64,000 nucleotides of DNA from Macrostomum hystrix (Eukaryota > Animalia > Platyhelminthes). Below are positions 61,901 through 64,000 of this stretch, piece after piece. Positions within the stretch are counted from its first letter, which is position 1. Every line of letters starts with the position of its first letter. A model generated the notes under the pieces. It did not search any database and had not been told where the DNA came from. It saw only the letters and a program-made list of their open reading frames with translations. The translations under genes were made by a program, and so were the position numbers. The stretch covers positions 496,001 through 560,000 of the forward strand of contig CATNEN010000015.1 in NCBI GenBank assembly GCA_950097015.1. Direction: 5' to 3'.

Positions 61901-63681
61901 ATTTATTTGTGATTTTAAACAACGTAAGAATGCAGTAAAAACGCTATTTTTTCATTTTTTCAAATGTTTAGAAAACTTTCAAAAGTATTGAATCCTCGCA
62001 GCACACTTTAAAACGATAAAAATAGTGAAAAAAATATTTTTTTTGTTAATGCCTTCTCGGTACATAATTTTGAGAATGACCCAAATATTTGAATTATTTT
62101 TTTAGTTTCTACAATTTTATGTCCTTCTCGTAATTGTTTCTTATAAATTTTTGTGTACTTGTACTACGTCATAGTAATAAAAAACTTGCAATATAAAACT
62201 GTAAAGGTGTATATATGACAAGTGATAATTGATGTTCTATCTAGGGTGCATTAAAATATAGAGACTTAAGTAAGTATATCGAAAGTATATAGTTTTAGTT
62301 TTAGTTTTAGTATATTGTTTTCTTTCTTAAAGAATTATTTAATTTTAAATTGACTTATAGGATGTAGTTTCATTTACAGTTACCATAGTTTTTCTATTCC
62401 AACATCTTAAACTGGCTTAAATATGTTTCATTTATATTATCAGTTTTCCTTATAAGTTTACTTTTCAGTTTGTCTAGCAATTTTACCTTTACTTCACATC
62501 CATTTCTAGGGGTTTCAAAAGTAATTATTAGATTTTTATCAATAAAAAGATCAATAATAAAATTATATGTATATTTTATATATCAATTGTATATATATAT
62601 TAAAGCAATAGCAAGTAAGCAACAACACATTAAATCAAATATACTTTTAATAAACTTTATGCTACAATGTTCACAAACATGTTGGCCTATTATGTTTTGG
62701 CCAAAGTTAATAAAAACCACTTTCTTCCATCTACAACCACTTTCTATGGAATTGCTTTCGTATCACACGATGACCAAACTTTGTGGCATAGGGAATTACG
62801 AATTTTTGAAGAAAATGTTTGTTAGTTGTTTTTGGTGGGAGAATGGCAAATAAATAGGATTAAACTTCAATGGAGTCAATGGTACCTATTGAATATTACT
62901 CATATTTATAATTATATGGCCTTTAGCCTAAAGGCTTTTGTAGGGACCCAAATATATACAAATACCACACTAAGTGGGAAATGGTGACTGATGGGTTTTG
63001 GTTCAGGTAAATTCAGTGTGAATAATAAATATGCTTTTACTTCAACAGAGGCATAGGGACCTATTGAATATAAAAACTATTTCTTATAGGGTGAGCCTAA
63101 CTGCCTAAGTACTTTTTGTGGGCATCCTCATATATCTGAATCAGTCACCATGATAACAATGAAAAATGACAGCAACAAGTTGTATTCTTGCAATAAAGCT
63201 CTTTTTTTCATCAAATAAGGTAAATCAAGCTAGTTTTTACTTTCTTTTTCATACAAACTATGAGCAAACTTGCAATGGTTACTTAACATTTGCACTTTTA
63301 AAGTTCTAGCTTACAGGCAAGCAACAAACTTATAAAAAACAATCAGTCAACAACCCAGGTGACAATAGGTGAAGTTTCAAAATGATTATAAAATCTAGAG
63401 TATTTCCAATCTAAATTTGAATAAATAATTCCAAATATATCTAAATGGTTATTATCCGATTTTGAAACACTCAATCTAAAAAATATATTTTACTAGATCT
63501 GCCACTACACTAAAAAGCAGATGATTTTTTAGCACAAACTATCTTTGACCGTAGCTCCAGTAGATGCTATTTTTGTTTCTAAAAAAGTCATGGCTAATAA
63601 AATATGTTTAAGTGATTAATGTAATTTGTACTTCATTTAATTTTATTAACAAATAATAAAAAGGCTTCCTGAATTCATCAG

Positions 63682-64000
63682 GTGCAAGTCAAACATGTCT
63701 AGCAGTCACCAATTGGTGCAGCCAGACCCAGTCTATAATCAAATAATTGACTATGTCACCAAGGGTGCTGGATCTGGCCTGGCCTATTTAAATCTGGCCA
63801 ATTTTGTGGATCGCTTCGGCTCCAGGCTGGTAGGCACGCCGAGGCTGGAGGCAGCCATAGATCAGATTGTATCCGAGCTGCAGGCATTGGGAGGCCTCAA
63901 GGTATTGCATATGGTTGCTGTTTTATGCACCTAGTTTCTAGTTCAGCAAATCAGTCAATGGTTGCATCATCACCCTCCAGGTGCACACTGAGTCCTTCAG
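63682..64000 (+). CDS. cpq: Carboxypeptidase Q (plasma glutamate carboxypeptidase, M28), partial; exons 63682-63901 and 63981 to window end
   Basis: IIDYVTKG..AYLNLANFVDRFGSRLVGTPRLEAAI, spliced in phase 0 to VHTE, which matches the CPQ N-terminus. The first exon was not identified. Confidence 0.8.

Noticed and set aside
60100-63600. 3.5-kb very AT-rich stretch
   Set aside because: No credible ORF, repeat unit or terminal repeat; treated as intergenic or upstream of CPQ.

Overview
Eukaryotic, intron-containing animal DNA that is very rich in minisatellites. Its style is consistent with a free-living flatworm such as Macrostomum, but that is inference only. I reconstructed the gene models by hand from GT-AG junctions and checked the phases. 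In order along the window: a FN2/TSP1 cell-surface protein (+), bestrophin (-), Gemin2 (-), a divergent R-Smad (-), a GT32 DxD glycosyltransferase (+), a 1423-aa fusion of a KY/hillarin-like transglutaminase domain with a four-CH plastin/fimbrin core (+), a VWDE-like protein interrupted by a solo LTR (-), a PAN-fibrinogen protein (-), an ankyrin-repeat cGAS-like (Mab-21) nucleotidyltransferase (-), and the start of carboxypeptidase Q (+). Mobile DNA: an intact 6.25-kb LOA/Lian-type non-LTR retrotransposon with a 12-bp TSD nested inside a tRNA-derived SINE, two SINE families, a solo LTR, piggyBac and mariner relics, and two MITEs. The best leads are the transglutaminase-plastin fusion, the ankyrin-cGLR with intact catalytic residues, a solo LTR that could be spliced out in frame, and a Smad lacking its DNA-binding hairpin. 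None of the domain assignments were confirmed by database search.
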